Assembly (NCBI GenBank): GCA_046292385.1
Contig: JBKBRF010000005.1
Coordinates: 1-64,000 of the forward strand
DNA length: 64,000 nucleotides
Direction of reading: 5' to 3'
Origin: Armatimonadota bacterium
GTDB taxonomy: Bacteria > Armatimonadota > SYMT01
Shown here: positions 48,218 through 58,265 of the stretch, one piece after another
Layout: every line of letters begins with the position of its first letter
Position numbering within the stretch: the first letter of the stretch is position 1
Position numbers and translations under genes: made by a program
The notes under the pieces: model-generated
The model's database searches: none
What the model saw: the letters and a program-made list of their open reading frames with translations, nothing else
Told to the model about the DNA's origin: nothing

Positions 48218-49270
48218 GTGAACGTGGGAATCATCGGCGCCGGCGGCATCGCGCAGAAGCTGCACCTTCCGCAGATCGCGGCGATGGACGAGATGCGAGT
48301 GACGCACCTTTGCGGTCGCAAGCCGAACCGGCTGCGGATCCTGGCCGAGCGCTTCGACGTGCCTCACTGGACGCACGATCACCACGAGCTGCTGGACGAC
48401 GACAACCTGGAAGGCATCATCGTGGCGCTCCCCCACCCGCTCCACGTGCCGGTGGGGCTGGAGGTACTCGCCGCCGGGAAGCACCTGTTGATGCAGAAGC
48501 CGCTCTGCGGCGACATGGGGGAAGCGGACGAGTTCGTCCGCGCCGTGGAGGGGAGCGACCGCACCGTGCTGGCGATGCCGCACTTCGCGCCGGAGGTGTA
48601 CCGGACCCGCGAGATCGTGGAGGGCGGGGAGATCGGCAAACCCTCCGGAGCGAACTGCCGCACCAGCCACGGCGGCCCCGAGGTCTATTACGCGGAGGTT
48701 CTGGACGGCTTCCACGAGAAGGGCGAAGAGCTCTGGTTCTTCGATGCGAAGCAGGCCTCCGTCGGCGCGCTCTTCGACATGGGCGTCTACGCGGTGGCGA
48801 ACCTGGTGGCCGTGCTCGGCTCGGTCCGCAGCGTGATGGGCCAGGTGGCGACGCTCGACAAGCCGACGGAGCTGGAAGACACCGCCTCGCTCCTCCTGCA
48901 GTTCGAGAGCGGCGCCGTGGCGACCGCCGAGACCGGCTGGTGCGACCCGGCCCGCACCTGGCAGCTCCGGGTCCACGGCACGCGGGGGAAGGTGACCGCC
49001 CCGGGCGAGGGCGGCAGCCCGCTCACCCGCTGGGAGCCGGGCAGCTACACCCGGGAAGACCTGCCGCCGGTGCCGCACGCCGTCGATCCGAGCGGGTCGG
49101 CGCGCGGGAACGTGCACGAGCACTGGCTCCAGTGCATCCGCGAGCAGCGACAGCCGGAGCTGAGCCACGCCTGGGCCGCGCGCCACGTCACCGAGATCCT
49201 GCTGGCAGGCCTGGAATCATCGCGCACCGGCCGGCGGATCGAGCTCCGCTCCCGCGCAGAGGCCGGGTAA
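48218..49270 (+). CDS. Gfo/Idh/MocA oxidoreductase
   Basis: GIIGAGGIA, PHPLH, QKPL, GALFDMGVY. Confidence 0.93.
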   Translation: MNVGIIGAGGIAQKLHLPQIAAMDEMRVTHLCGRKPNRLRILAERFDVPHWTHDHHELLDDDNLEGIIVALPHPLHVPVGLEVLAAGKHLLMQKPLCGDMGEADEFVRAVEGSDRTVLAMPHFAPEVYRTREIVEGGEIGKPSGANCRTSHGGPEVYYAEVLDGFHEKGEELWFFDAKQASVGALFDMGVYAVANLVAVLGSVRSVMGQVATLDKPTELEDTASLLLQFESGAVATAETGWCDPARTWQLRVHGTRGKVTAPGEGGSPLTRWEPGSYTREDLPPVPHAVDPSGSARGNVHEHWLQCIREQRQPELSHAWAARHVTEILLAGLESSRTGRRIELRSRAEAG

Positions 49271-49277
49271 TTCGTAA

Positions 49278-49504
49278 GGAACGTGTAAGAAAGGAGACGT
49301 CTCGAGGGATGAGGGCGGAAGGATGAGGGATGAATTCCGAACCGCCGATCCGCGGGAGCCAACAGCTTGCCGGGAAGCTGCTCCGGCTCGCCTGGCCGCT
49401 GGAGAAAGAGAAGGAGAACGAGAAGGAGTAGGAGCCAGAGCCCGATGGGCGGTTCATCCCCTTATCCCCAATCCATCCCCCTGATCTCCTTTCTTACACG
49501 TTCC
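49278..49504. mobile_element. MITE-like element with perfect 20-bp terminal inverted repeats
   Basis: GGAACGTGTAAGAAAGGAGA (49278-49297) and its exact reverse complement TCTCCTTTCTTACACGTTCC (49485-49504); internal GGGATGA/TCATCCC repeats. Confidence 0.55.
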
Positions 49505-49521
49505 GCTCGCGGCAAGCGTCG

Positions 49522-50724
49522 TCAGGCGTGCTTGTCTCCCGGGCAGGAGATCACCCCGGCGCCGGCGGCGGCGCGGGTGACGTAGAAAGCGGCCTCGGTG
49601 CCGCAGTCCCGCTGGTAGGTCTCGCGGACGGCGCGGATGAAATCGTCGACCCGGAGGCAATCGACCAGGCTCACCGTGCACCCGCCGAATCCCGCTCCGG
49701 TGAGGCGGCTGCCGAGACATCCGTTCTCTGCCCGCGCCGCGTTGACGAGCGTGTCGAGCCCGCGGGAGCTGACCTCGTAGTCGTCGCGCAGGCTATCGTG
49801 GCTGGCGTTCATTAGCGCCCCCATGCGGGGCCAGTCGCCGGCGCGGATCGCCTCTACCGCGGCGAGGGTGCGCTCGTTTTCGGTGACCACGTGCCGGGCG
49901 CGGCGGTAGATCAGCGGATCGAGGAGCCCCTGGTGCTCCTCCAGCTCCGCCGCGCTGACGTCTCGCAGGGCCCGGATCTCCGGCAGCGCCTGGCGAAGGC
50001 CCCGCACCGCCTCCTCACACTGGGTGCGCCGCTCGTTGTAGGCGCTGCCAGCCAGCTCCCGGCTCTGCTTCGAGTCGGCCACTACCCACAGGTAGCCGGG
50101 CGCGTCCGCGGAGATCAGCTCGAACTCCAGCGTGCGGCAGTCGAGGAACAGCGCGCACCCGGAGTGCCCCAGGCGGGAGACGAACTGGTCCATGATGCCG
50201 GAGCGGACCCCCATGTACTCGTTCTCCGCCGCCTGCGCCATCAGGGCCAGGTCCCGGGAGTCGACCACCTGCTTGCTGGTGGCGCAGAACGCCATCCCGG
50301 AGGCGACTTCCATCGCGGCGGAGGAGCTGAGGCCGGAGGCGATCGGGACGTTGCCCTCCACCACCCCCTCCATGCCGTGGAGCAGCAGGCCCGCCTTCAG
50401 GAGCTGGACCGCCATCCCGCGGATGTAGTTGCCCCAGTCGTGCTGCTCGTCCCGCCGGATGTCGTCCAGGTCGAACTCGGTGTCAGTGTCGAAGTTGAGG
50501 CTGTGGATCACCACGCGCCGGTCCGTACGCGGGCGCACCGCGAAGCGGACGTCCTGATCGATGGCGATCGGCAGCACGAACCCGTCGTTGTAGTCGGTGT
50601 GCTCTCCGATCAGGTTCACGCGACCCGGCGCGCGCACCACGGTCGGCTCTCCCTCAAACCGGTGATTGAACTCGGTGTGCAGCCGGACCGTGCGGTCCCG
50701 GTTCTCCGCCGTCTCGGATTGCAT
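49522..50724 (-). CDS. galK: galactokinase
   Basis: APGRVNLIGEHTDYNDG, GLSSSAA, GIMDQ, RLTGAGFGG. Confidence 0.97.
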   Translation of the reverse strand: MQSETAENRDRTVRLHTEFNHRFEGEPTVVRAPGRVNLIGEHTDYNDGFVLPIAIDQDVRFAVRPRTDRRVVIHSLNFDTDTEFDLDDIRRDEQHDWGNYIRGMAVQLLKAGLLLHGMEGVVEGNVPIASGLSSSAAMEVASGMAFCATSKQVVDSRDLALMAQAAENEYMGVRSGIMDQFVSRLGHSGCALFLDCRTLEFELISADAPGYLWVVADSKQSRELAGSAYNERRTQCEEAVRGLRQALPEIRALRDVSAAELEEHQGLLDPLIYRRARHVVTENERTLAAVEAIRAGDWPRMGALMNASHDSLRDDYEVSSRGLDTLVNAARAENGCLGSRLTGAGFGGCTVSLVDCLRVDDFIRAVRETYQRDCGTEAAFYVTRAAAGAGVISCPGDKHA

Positions 50725-50897
50725 AGCGTCTCCTGTCCCCGTCCTGGTAATCTGTCAAGCCGGGCTTGCTGGGTGGAGGTGGCAAGGGAGAGTGGGAGAA
50801 AGGGCGAGCTTGAGTAGCGGCTTACGAGAGCGGCTCTCCCACTCCCCCACTCTCCCTTTCTCCCACTCCACCACACCAGGCGTACCTGGACACACCA

Positions 50898-51890
50898 CTA
50901 GATACCCGTACCCGGAAGCTCCGTCGGCTCGGCTGCCCGCAGCTCCGCGGCCTTCTCCTCCGCCAGCGTGTCGTTGATGAAGGTGCCGGCGCCCGACTCC
51001 ACGCTCGCCAGGAACTTCAGCTTCGTGCTGGTGCGCATCGGCGGGTAGAACTCGATCCGGAAGTGGTCCGCCTCGGAGCCGCGGCCGTCGGTGGGAAGCT
51101 GCTTCAGGATCATCAGGTACGGCATCGACTGGTTCCACAGGCCGTCGTACTTGCAGAGGACCCCCTTCAGCACCCGCGCCAGGTCCCGGATCTCCGCGCC
51201 GCTCAGCTCCGCCAGCGAGGCGCGGTGCTCCTTCGCCCAGATGTGGACCTCGTATGGCCACCGGGCGTAGAACGGGAGGCCGGCGTAGAAGTGCTCTCCT
51301 TCCAGCACGCGGCGGCGGCCGTCGGACCGCTCCTCGCGCACCACGTCGCAGAGCAGGCAGCGTCCCGTCTTCTCGCGGTGCTCCCGCACCGACTCCAGCT
51401 CCCGCTCCACGCGGGGCGGGATGAACGGGAAGGCGTAGAGCTGCCCGTGCGGATGGTGCAGCGTCACCCCGATCGCTTCCCCTTTGTTCTCGAAGATGTA
51501 GACGTAGTCGATGAAGTCGAGACCGGAGAGCTCCACGTAACGGTCGCGCCAGAGGTAGACCAGCTCCTCGATCTCGTCGACCGTCGCGTCCGCGAGCGTC
51601 CCCTCGTGGCGAGGGGTGTAGACGATCACCTCGCAGACCCCCTTCGCCGGCTCGACCGGGTAGAGCTCGGAGCCCTCCACCGCCGGCTCGGGCGGGTTGG
51701 GGCGGAGGCTGGGGAAGCGGTTCTCGAAGGCCACCGCCCGGTAGTCGGTGGGGATCTCCGTCGGCACGCCGCCCGGACGCTGCGGGCAGAGGGGGCAGTA
51801 ATCCTTGGGCGGCAGAAAGGTGCGGTCCTGGCGCTCGGTGGACGTGATCACCCACTCGCGCAGCAGCGGGTGCCAGCGCAGCTCGGACAT
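50898..51890 (-). CDS. galT: galactose-1-phosphate uridylyltransferase
   Basis: MSELRWHPL, CPLCP, FENKG.AIGVTLHHPHGQ (HPH nucleophile). Confidence 0.96.
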   Translation of the reverse strand: MSELRWHPLLREWVITSTERQDRTFLPPKDYCPLCPQRPGGVPTEIPTDYRAVAFENRFPSLRPNPPEPAVEGSELYPVEPAKGVCEVIVYTPRHEGTLADATVDEIEELVYLWRDRYVELSGLDFIDYVYIFENKGEAIGVTLHHPHGQLYAFPFIPPRVERELESVREHREKTGRCLLCDVVREERSDGRRRVLEGEHFYAGLPFYARWPYEVHIWAKEHRASLAELSGAEIRDLARVLKGVLCKYDGLWNQSMPYLMILKQLPTDGRGSEADHFRIEFYPPMRTSTKLKFLASVESGAGTFINDTLAEEKAAELRAAEPTELPGTGI

Positions 51891-52027
51891 GGATCCGGAT
51901 TCCTCCCCCGACCCGGCTCCTGAAGAATCCGGGCTCAGTCGGTTGCCTGTTCGCGGCGAGTATACCACCCGCGCGGAGCGCTGCAAACGGCGGCCGGCCC
52001 TGGGATGGCGGATGGAACGACGAACCG

Positions 52028-53221
52028 TTAACCGCGTAACAGGAGGAGTCCGAGCGCCGCCGCGGCGACGATCACCCAGGCGCTGTTGACCTTGAAACGG
52101 AAGACGGCGAGGGCGGCGACCGCGAAGATGGCCCACGCGCTCCATCCCTGCAGCGCCGCGGCGGCGAGCTGGATCAGGACCCCCGCCATCAGCGCTACGG
52201 AGCCGGCGTTCAGGCCGTCCATGAACCCGGCGCTCCAGGGCGCGGAGCGCAGCCGGCGGACTACCCCGTGCGTGGCCCAGACCGCGAGGAACGACGGCAG
52301 GAAGATTCCGAGCGTCGCCGCCAGCGCCCCTTCCCAGCCGCCGAACCCGGCCTGCCGTCCCACCACGTATCCGACGAAGGTGGCGGTGGTGAAGAGCGGC
52401 CCGGGTGTGAACTGACCCGCGGCGACCGCGTCCATGAGCTGTCGCTCGGTGAGCCAGCCGAGGTCCTGCACCAGCCCCTGCCGGATGAAGGCGAAGAGCA
52501 CGTAGCCGCTGCCGAAGAGCGCGGAGCCGATCTTGAGGAAGTAGAGGAAGAGATCCCAGGCTCCGGGCGCCGCCAGGCCCGCCACCCCGGCGCCGGCCGT
52601 GCCGCCGGCGGGCAGACCGAGCCAGACGAGTGCCGCGGGCGGTGGCGACTGCACCCACGGCCGCGCGAGGAGGATTCCGGCCGCTCCCGCGCCGAGCAGG
52701 AGCGCAATCTCGGAGACGCCGGCCAGGTAGAGCGCCAGCACGATTCCGGCCAGCACCACGAGCGGCGCGCTCTTCATCGCGGTCCGCGCGAGCTGGAGCA
52801 CCGCCGCCAGGATCAGCGCCGCCACTGCCGGCTTCACGCCGAGGAGCAGCCCCTCCAGCGCCGGGGTCTGGCGCAGCTCCACGTAGGCCCAGGCGATAGC
52901 GAGGGTGATGAGCGCCGCCGGCCCGATGAAGCAGATCCCCGCCAGCCAGAGCCCCGGCACCCCGGCCCGCGTCAACCCGAGGTGGATGCAGAGCTCGGTG
53001 GAGGTCGGGCCCGGTATCAGGCCGGAGGCTCCCAGCAGATCGAGGAACTCCTGTTCCGAGATCCAGCGCCGCCGCTTCACCACCTCGTCGTGCAGCAGCG
53101 CGATGTGCGCGGCCGGCCCGCCGAAGGCGGTGCAGCCGAGCCGCAGCATCAGCAGTGCCACCTCCCGCAGCCGCGCTCCCCGCGGTGCCTGGCCCGCTAT
53201 CTCTTCCGGTTCGGTACTCAC
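52028..53221 (-). CDS. chrA: chromate ion transporter (CHR family)
   Basis: LGCTAFGGPAAHI, IPGPTSTE, FGSGYVL, GQFTPGP. Confidence 0.94.
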   Translation of the reverse strand: MSTEPEEIAGQAPRGARLREVALLMLRLGCTAFGGPAAHIALLHDEVVKRRRWISEQEFLDLLGASGLIPGPTSTELCIHLGLTRAGVPGLWLAGICFIGPAALITLAIAWAYVELRQTPALEGLLLGVKPAVAALILAAVLQLARTAMKSAPLVVLAGIVLALYLAGVSEIALLLGAGAAGILLARPWVQSPPPAALVWLGLPAGGTAGAGVAGLAAPGAWDLFLYFLKIGSALFGSGYVLFAFIRQGLVQDLGWLTERQLMDAVAAGQFTPGPLFTTATFVGYVVGRQAGFGGWEGALAATLGIFLPSFLAVWATHGVVRRLRSAPWSAGFMDGLNAGSVALMAGVLIQLAAAALQGWSAWAIFAVAALAVFRFKVNSAWVIVAAAALGLLLLRG

Positions 53222-53309
53222 AGAGCGGGTATTGGCACGCCTGCCACGCAATTCCTTGCCGCGGTAGCTTAAAACCAGGACCATCACCCCCGGTGGAGGA
53301 ACGCCTACA

Positions 53310-54227
53310 GTGAGCCGAGGAGGGGCTGATCCGGTGAGAGAAGTGCGGTGGGAGCGGATGTTTCCGGACGAGCTGGAGCGCGCCTTTGCGGCGTGCCCGG
53401 TCGTCTACTTCAGCTACGGCCTCTGCGAGCCGCACGGGCCGCACAATGCCGTGGGGCTCGACTCGCTGAAGGCGCACGGCCTCGCCTGCGCGGCGGCGCG
53501 GGAGCACGGGGGAGTTGCCGCGCCGCCCGACTACTGGCATATCCACGAGTTGGGCGGCTTCGGCGCCTGGGCGGAGCGGCACGTGGGCCAGATAGAGCGG
53601 GCGTGGCTCACGGCCGTACCGCCGTGGCACCACTTCAAGACCGTCCTCTACCACCTGCGGGTGGCCGACCGTCTCGGCTTCCACGCCGCCATCCTGCTCA
53701 CCGGTCACTACGGCCCGAACTGGGAGGACCTGAAGCGGCTCGTGGAGCTGGTGCAGCCTCACGTCGGCACCCGCCTCTACGCGCTGCCCGACTTTGAGGC
53801 GAACGTCCCCGGCTTTCCCGGCGACGGCAAAGGGGGCGATCACGCCGGCAAGGTGGAGACCTCCCTGCTCTGGGCGCTGGAGCCGGGGTGCGTCGACGTT
53901 TCCCGCCTGCCCGCGCCGGACGCCCCGGGCCCGCACTTCGCGATGGGAGTCGATGCGGCGGAAGCGAACCGGCGCGTCGGCGAGCGGATGGTCGCGGACG
54001 AGGTCCGCTGGCTCGGCGCGAAGGCCAATGATCTGCTCGCCGATTACGAGCGGCTGCGTCCTGCCCACACGCTGCGCACCTTCGAGGACGTGGAGCGGCT
54101 CTGGGAGACGGTGGTCCGCCCGCACGTGCGAGACTTCAAGTCGATGCGCCAGGAGGTGCCGGGCCGAGAGCCCCCCGCCCCCGGCTCCGTCTGGCGAGAG
54201 AACTGGCCCGTCCCGGACCGGAGCTGA
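53310..54227 (+). CDS. creatininase family amidohydrolase
   Basis: EPHGPHNAVGLD, TGHYG, DHAGKVETS metal motifs. Confidence 0.88.
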   Translation: MSRGGADPVREVRWERMFPDELERAFAACPVVYFSYGLCEPHGPHNAVGLDSLKAHGLACAAAREHGGVAAPPDYWHIHELGGFGAWAERHVGQIERAWLTAVPPWHHFKTVLYHLRVADRLGFHAAILLTGHYGPNWEDLKRLVELVQPHVGTRLYALPDFEANVPGFPGDGKGGDHAGKVETSLLWALEPGCVDVSRLPAPDAPGPHFAMGVDAAEANRRVGERMVADEVRWLGAKANDLLADYERLRPAHTLRTFEDVERLWETVVRPHVRDFKSMRQEVPGREPPAPGSVWRENWPVPDRS

Positions 54228-55445
54228 TCAGTGTTCTCCTGCCACGTGCGGCAACTTCCAGAGTCGCTGTCCCGGGCCAAAAGTGTAGCTGATCTCGTGC
54301 CACAGCACTTCATCGCCAATCGCCCACGCCTGGCCGCGGCCGGGTACCGGCTCGAGCAAGTCCACGGCTCCCGCCTCCGGTCGCGCCCGCGCGCCGGTCT
54401 TCAGGTCGAGGGTCAGGTGATAGCGACCATCCTGACCGTGAACGTAGAGTGCTTTCCCGTCTGCTTCTGAAAGCGACCAGCGAAGGTTCCACGTGGTGAA
54501 GAACTCCGGGTAGTACGCGATCGCCCGGTGAGGCTGCCGCAGCACGATGCCGGCGTCCGCGGTGCGGGCGATCAGATGGTCCGTGCTCGCGCTGGCGCCG
54601 AAGAGCAGGTAGAAGTACTCGCCGTTAGGGCTCAACTTCAGGTCGAGATAGTCGTAGGTGTATTCCCAATCGTCCACCAGCGGGCCCGTCAGCGGCACGC
54701 GCAGCAGCGGCGGGCCGCCGTCCAGGGGCATCGCCACCATCTCTCCGTGGTGGTTGTGCCGAGGCGTATCCCGGTGGTAGCTGACGCAGAGCCGGTTGCC
54801 AACCGGAAAAACGGAGTGGATCGCCTCGTAGTCGCGCGCTCCCGGCAGCGGAACGGACCGCCGGCTGATCCGGCCGCTGCCTACGTGCATCTCGATCATC
54901 CGCCGGTGGCCCTCGGTGATACCGACCAATCTCGCAGGCGGCGTGGGATGCCACTGAAGCTGATAGACCTCATCGGGCACGTCAAACTGCCCGATCCTCT
55001 TCCCGTCACGGCTGAGTAACACCACCAGCCTGCCGCTGCGGGAGCTGACCGCCACCCGCTGCCCATCCGGGGACCAGACCGCTTCCGTGCCGGCGCCGAG
55101 GAAGGAGCCGCGGCGCAGCTCTCGTCCGCGCACCAGATCGAAGAGAACGTAGTCCTGGTGGCTGCCGCGGCCGGTAGGGAGCACGAGCAGGCGCGTGCCG
55201 TCCGGCGATGCCGCGATCGCACTGAACGATGGCTCGGGCCGGCTCGGCGGGGGCTCTGCCTCTGCCTGCTCCGGCTCGGCGGGGGGCGGCGCCGGATCCG
55301 CATTCTCCGCTTCGCGCTGCGGTTGAGAGACCGTCACTCCGCTCCCCTCACGGGGGTACTCTCGTCCCAGGAGGAACGAGAGGCCGCTCACCAGCAGTAC
55401 GCCGCAGGCCCAGAACACCTGCCAGCCGATCCCGGGACGCCGCAT
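54228..55445 (-). CDS. membrane-anchored beta-propeller-like hypothetical protein
   Basis: N-terminal TM helix; SPDG, WSPDG, LSPNG repeats. Confidence 0.72.
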   Translation of the reverse strand: MRRPGIGWQVFWACGVLLVSGLSFLLGREYPREGSGVTVSQPQREAENADPAPPPAEPEQAEAEPPPSRPEPSFSAIAASPDGTRLLVLPTGRGSHQDYVLFDLVRGRELRRGSFLGAGTEAVWSPDGQRVAVSSRSGRLVVLLSRDGKRIGQFDVPDEVYQLQWHPTPPARLVGITEGHRRMIEMHVGSGRISRRSVPLPGARDYEAIHSVFPVGNRLCVSYHRDTPRHNHHGEMVAMPLDGGPPLLRVPLTGPLVDDWEYTYDYLDLKLSPNGEYFYLLFGASASTDHLIARTADAGIVLRQPHRAIAYYPEFFTTWNLRWSLSEADGKALYVHGQDGRYHLTLDLKTGARARPEAGAVDLLEPVPGRGQAWAIGDEVLWHEISYTFGPGQRLWKLPHVAGEH

Positions 55446-55638
55446 GGAAGTGCCCTCCACCCGGTTGGTGGCGCCGGGACGGGGAAGCGTTCAGCAATTC
55501 GGGCTGCCGTTCTCATCCTTCCGCCACACAATCGCTGCGAGTGCGAGGAGGAGCCGCTGCTTGCCTGGCGTACCTGAGAGCGTCCAGCGCCGGAGTTTCC
55601 TGGCGAGCTCCGGCTCGCTCCGTTGGAGGTCTGCATTC

Positions 55639-56412
55639 ATGCTCCGCTCCTCTCGCTCTCGATCCCCGCGCGGCTTTACGCTGATCGAGCTGCTCGTGGT
55701 GATCGCCATCATCGCCATCCTCGCCGCAATCCTCTTCCCCGTCTTCGCCCAGGCCCGCGAGGCGGCGCGCGCCACCAAGTGCGGCTCCAACATGCGGCAG
55801 CTCGCGATGGGCGTGATGATGTACGCGCAGGACTACGAAGAGACGCTGCCGATGACCGTCAACTTTGCAGCGCCGGCGAACGCGCCGGACCGGATGTGGA
55901 TGGCGACGGTCCAGCCGTACATCAAGAACACCGGGATCTTCGTCTGTCCCAGCGCGGAGAATTCCCGGTACGCGCCGGACTGGGCGGGGAGAAGCTGGCT
56001 CTCGATCGGCTACAACGCCACCGCCGGCTACGATCCCGCCGGGCGGGAGGGGCCGACGAGCGTCCTGCCCCTGCCGCTGATGGACGAGCCGAGCCGCACC
56101 GTGCTCTTTGCGGAGACCCCCTCCGGCGACGTGGCGCTGAAGTACCGCGGCTACACCTTCGAGCCGAACGTCGGCAAGTGGAACACGGCGGACCCCCGGC
56201 TCTCCACTCCGCTCACCGCCGATCGCGACCTGGTAGCCGGCAGCCCGCTGCCGCCGGGAAGCCTGAAACCAGTCTACTGCCGCCACTACCGGGACGGCCG
56301 CAACGGCGGACGCAGCTACCTGGTGATGGCGGACGGCCACGCCAAGAGCTACTCTGCCTCCAGCATTCTAGGGCAGGAGCGCGGCGCGAACCTGATCTGG
56401 CGCATCCACTAG
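55639..56412 (+). CDS. prepilin-type N-terminal cleavage/methylation protein (DUF1559-like, C-terminal H...DGH)
   Basis: [52 protein letters not shown]. Confidence 0.93.
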   Translation: MLRSSRSRSPRGFTLIELLVVIAIIAILAAILFPVFAQAREAARATKCGSNMRQLAMGVMMYAQDYEETLPMTVNFAAPANAPDRMWMATVQPYIKNTGIFVCPSAENSRYAPDWAGRSWLSIGYNATAGYDPAGREGPTSVLPLPLMDEPSRTVLFAETPSGDVALKYRGYTFEPNVGKWNTADPRLSTPLTADRDLVAGSPLPPGSLKPVYCRHYRDGRNGGRSYLVMADGHAKSYSASSILGQERGANLIWRIH

Positions 56413-56632
56413 CACTCCGTTAGTCCGGGATCAACGGGCGGATTGGGCAAGGGAGAGTGGGAGACGGTAGTTGCAGGTTCGCAAGTTGGCAGGTTGCAGG
56501 TTGGCGCCCCGACACGCAGGGCTCGGAGCCTGAAACTTGCTAACCTGCGAACCGCCGCGAGAGAGCGGCTCTCCCACTCCCCCACTCTCCCTTGCTCCCA
56601 CTCCCAGACAGCAGAGGTACCTGGCTCCACCG

Positions 56633-58102
56633 TTAGAGCGGTGGGGTGCCGCCGCGGCCGGAGAGGGTGGGCAGGCTCCACGCCAGGCTCTCCCGCCTCG
56701 CCTTCAGGCTCTCCCGGTAGTGGCCGGTGCGCAGCGCGGCGGCGTTGAGGGTCCTCCAGGCGGTGCCGGAATAGGGGATCTCCTCCGTGGCTTGCCGTGC
56801 CAGGCGGTACTGCCGTTCCCACTCCTCGAGCTGCCCCGCCACTTCGGAAGCGAGCAGCAGGAACATCCCCCGATGGATGCGGAGCTCACTCCGGCGACCC
56901 GCCTCCCGGAAGTAGGAGAGCGCTTCTCGGAAGAGCGATTCGGCCTGTTCGGGGTCCTCTCCGGCGGTCCGGCGCGCGACCTCCACCAGCGCGCCTCCGA
57001 GAGCCTCCACTACGTGCGGATCGTCCGGCCGCCTTCGGAGCTCCCGTCGCAGCGAGGAGGGGTCTGTCGCAGGTAGAAGCTGCGTGCTCCCCAGCATCCT
57101 GCCCGAGCCTCCAAACCGCTCCGCGGCCTGCGGCCGCATTCCGGTACTGTCATTCGGCCCGACGGGTAGGGTCTGTTCGGAGCTGATCATCGGGAATGGG
57201 CTCATGCGGCCGTCATTGCTGTTGGCGCCACCCCCCGGGCCATTCACCCCGGCCATGGCCGCATTTCCGCCGCCCATCATCGGGCCGTTGGGCCTGCCGA
57301 GGGGGCCTCCCTCTCCGAAACCGGGATGGCTGCCGCCCCCTCCCGGGCCGACCAGCGCGCTCGGAGGCGCCACTCCCGGCTGCAGCGCCTCTGGGGCGAG
57401 GCCGTAGACCGGGCCGGACGACTGAATGGGAGCCCCTCCGAGCTGCGGTGTAGCAGAGGGGACGACGGGGGAGAATTGACGCGCGGTCGTCATGTTCAGC
57501 CCGACCGCCCCGCCCCGGGGGGGCCCGGAGAGAAGGTCGCGAGCCGTGGTTCGCGGCGGCAGCATCCAGACGAGCCGCCGTAAGCTCTCCAGGTCGTGCT
57601 CCACCCAGACTGCCTGGGTGGGGTCTACCTCGCGGAGCCGCTCCGCGTACCTGCGGGCCAGGCGGGCGTACCGCGCCTCCCCGGGGCCCCCGACCCTCTG
57701 CTGGTGTCCGGCCAGGTTCAGGTAGCCTCGCGCAATGGTGAATAGGAGATCCCGGTGGCTCGGACGAAGGCGGAGATCCTCTTCCAGGTAGCGGATCTTC
57801 GTGAGCATCCGCTTCTCGTAGTCCTCGGCCGGAGTGACCGGTGTGGAGAGGATCGACGGTCGGGAATCGCGCCCCGGCATCGGGAAGCGCCGGCGGTTGG
57901 CGATGCTGGCGACGACGGCGATCAGCGCCACGCCCACCAGCGCCGAGGCGACCCACGCCAGCGGCAGCCCCAGGCGCAGCGACGGGCGCCCGTGGAGAGG
58001 CCGGAGGCAGACGGGGCAGAGATGCTCCCGCTCCCACATCGGCTGGCGGCACGCGTTTCCACAGTGCCGGCACCGCACCTGCTCCTCGATCGTCTCCGCC
58101 AT
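56633..58102 (-). CDS. hypothetical zinc-ribbon, TM, helical-repeat protein with Gly/Pro-rich insert
   Basis: CRHC...CPVC, one TM helix, two helical regions split by a low-complexity linker. Confidence 0.7.
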   Translation of the reverse strand: MAETIEEQVRCRHCGNACRQPMWEREHLCPVCLRPLHGRPSLRLGLPLAWVASALVGVALIAVVASIANRRRFPMPGRDSRPSILSTPVTPAEDYEKRMLTKIRYLEEDLRLRPSHRDLLFTIARGYLNLAGHQQRVGGPGEARYARLARRYAERLREVDPTQAVWVEHDLESLRRLVWMLPPRTTARDLLSGPPRGGAVGLNMTTARQFSPVVPSATPQLGGAPIQSSGPVYGLAPEALQPGVAPPSALVGPGGGGSHPGFGEGGPLGRPNGPMMGGGNAAMAGVNGPGGGANSNDGRMSPFPMISSEQTLPVGPNDSTGMRPQAAERFGGSGRMLGSTQLLPATDPSSLRRELRRRPDDPHVVEALGGALVEVARRTAGEDPEQAESLFREALSYFREAGRRSELRIHRGMFLLLASEVAGQLEEWERQYRLARQATEEIPYSGTAWRTLNAAALRTGHYRESLKARRESLAWSLPTLSGRGGTPPL

Positions 58103-58265
58103 CGCTCCTCCGTTCTCCGGTAGTTGAGACGACTCGCTCTCGGGACCAGTTCGTTCATAGAGCGGCCCCGCTCCTTCTCAGCGAGGGCAGCTCCCAGACG
58201 CAGCGAAGCCCGACCCCGCGAAAAGGGGATCGGGCTTCAACGGTGCCGTCTCTACGAGGTGAAGC

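Noticed and set aside
50898..54125. 1075-aa GalT fusion ORF
   Set aside because: The upstream part overlaps chrA in another frame and the creatininase on the opposite strand; GalT starts at 51890
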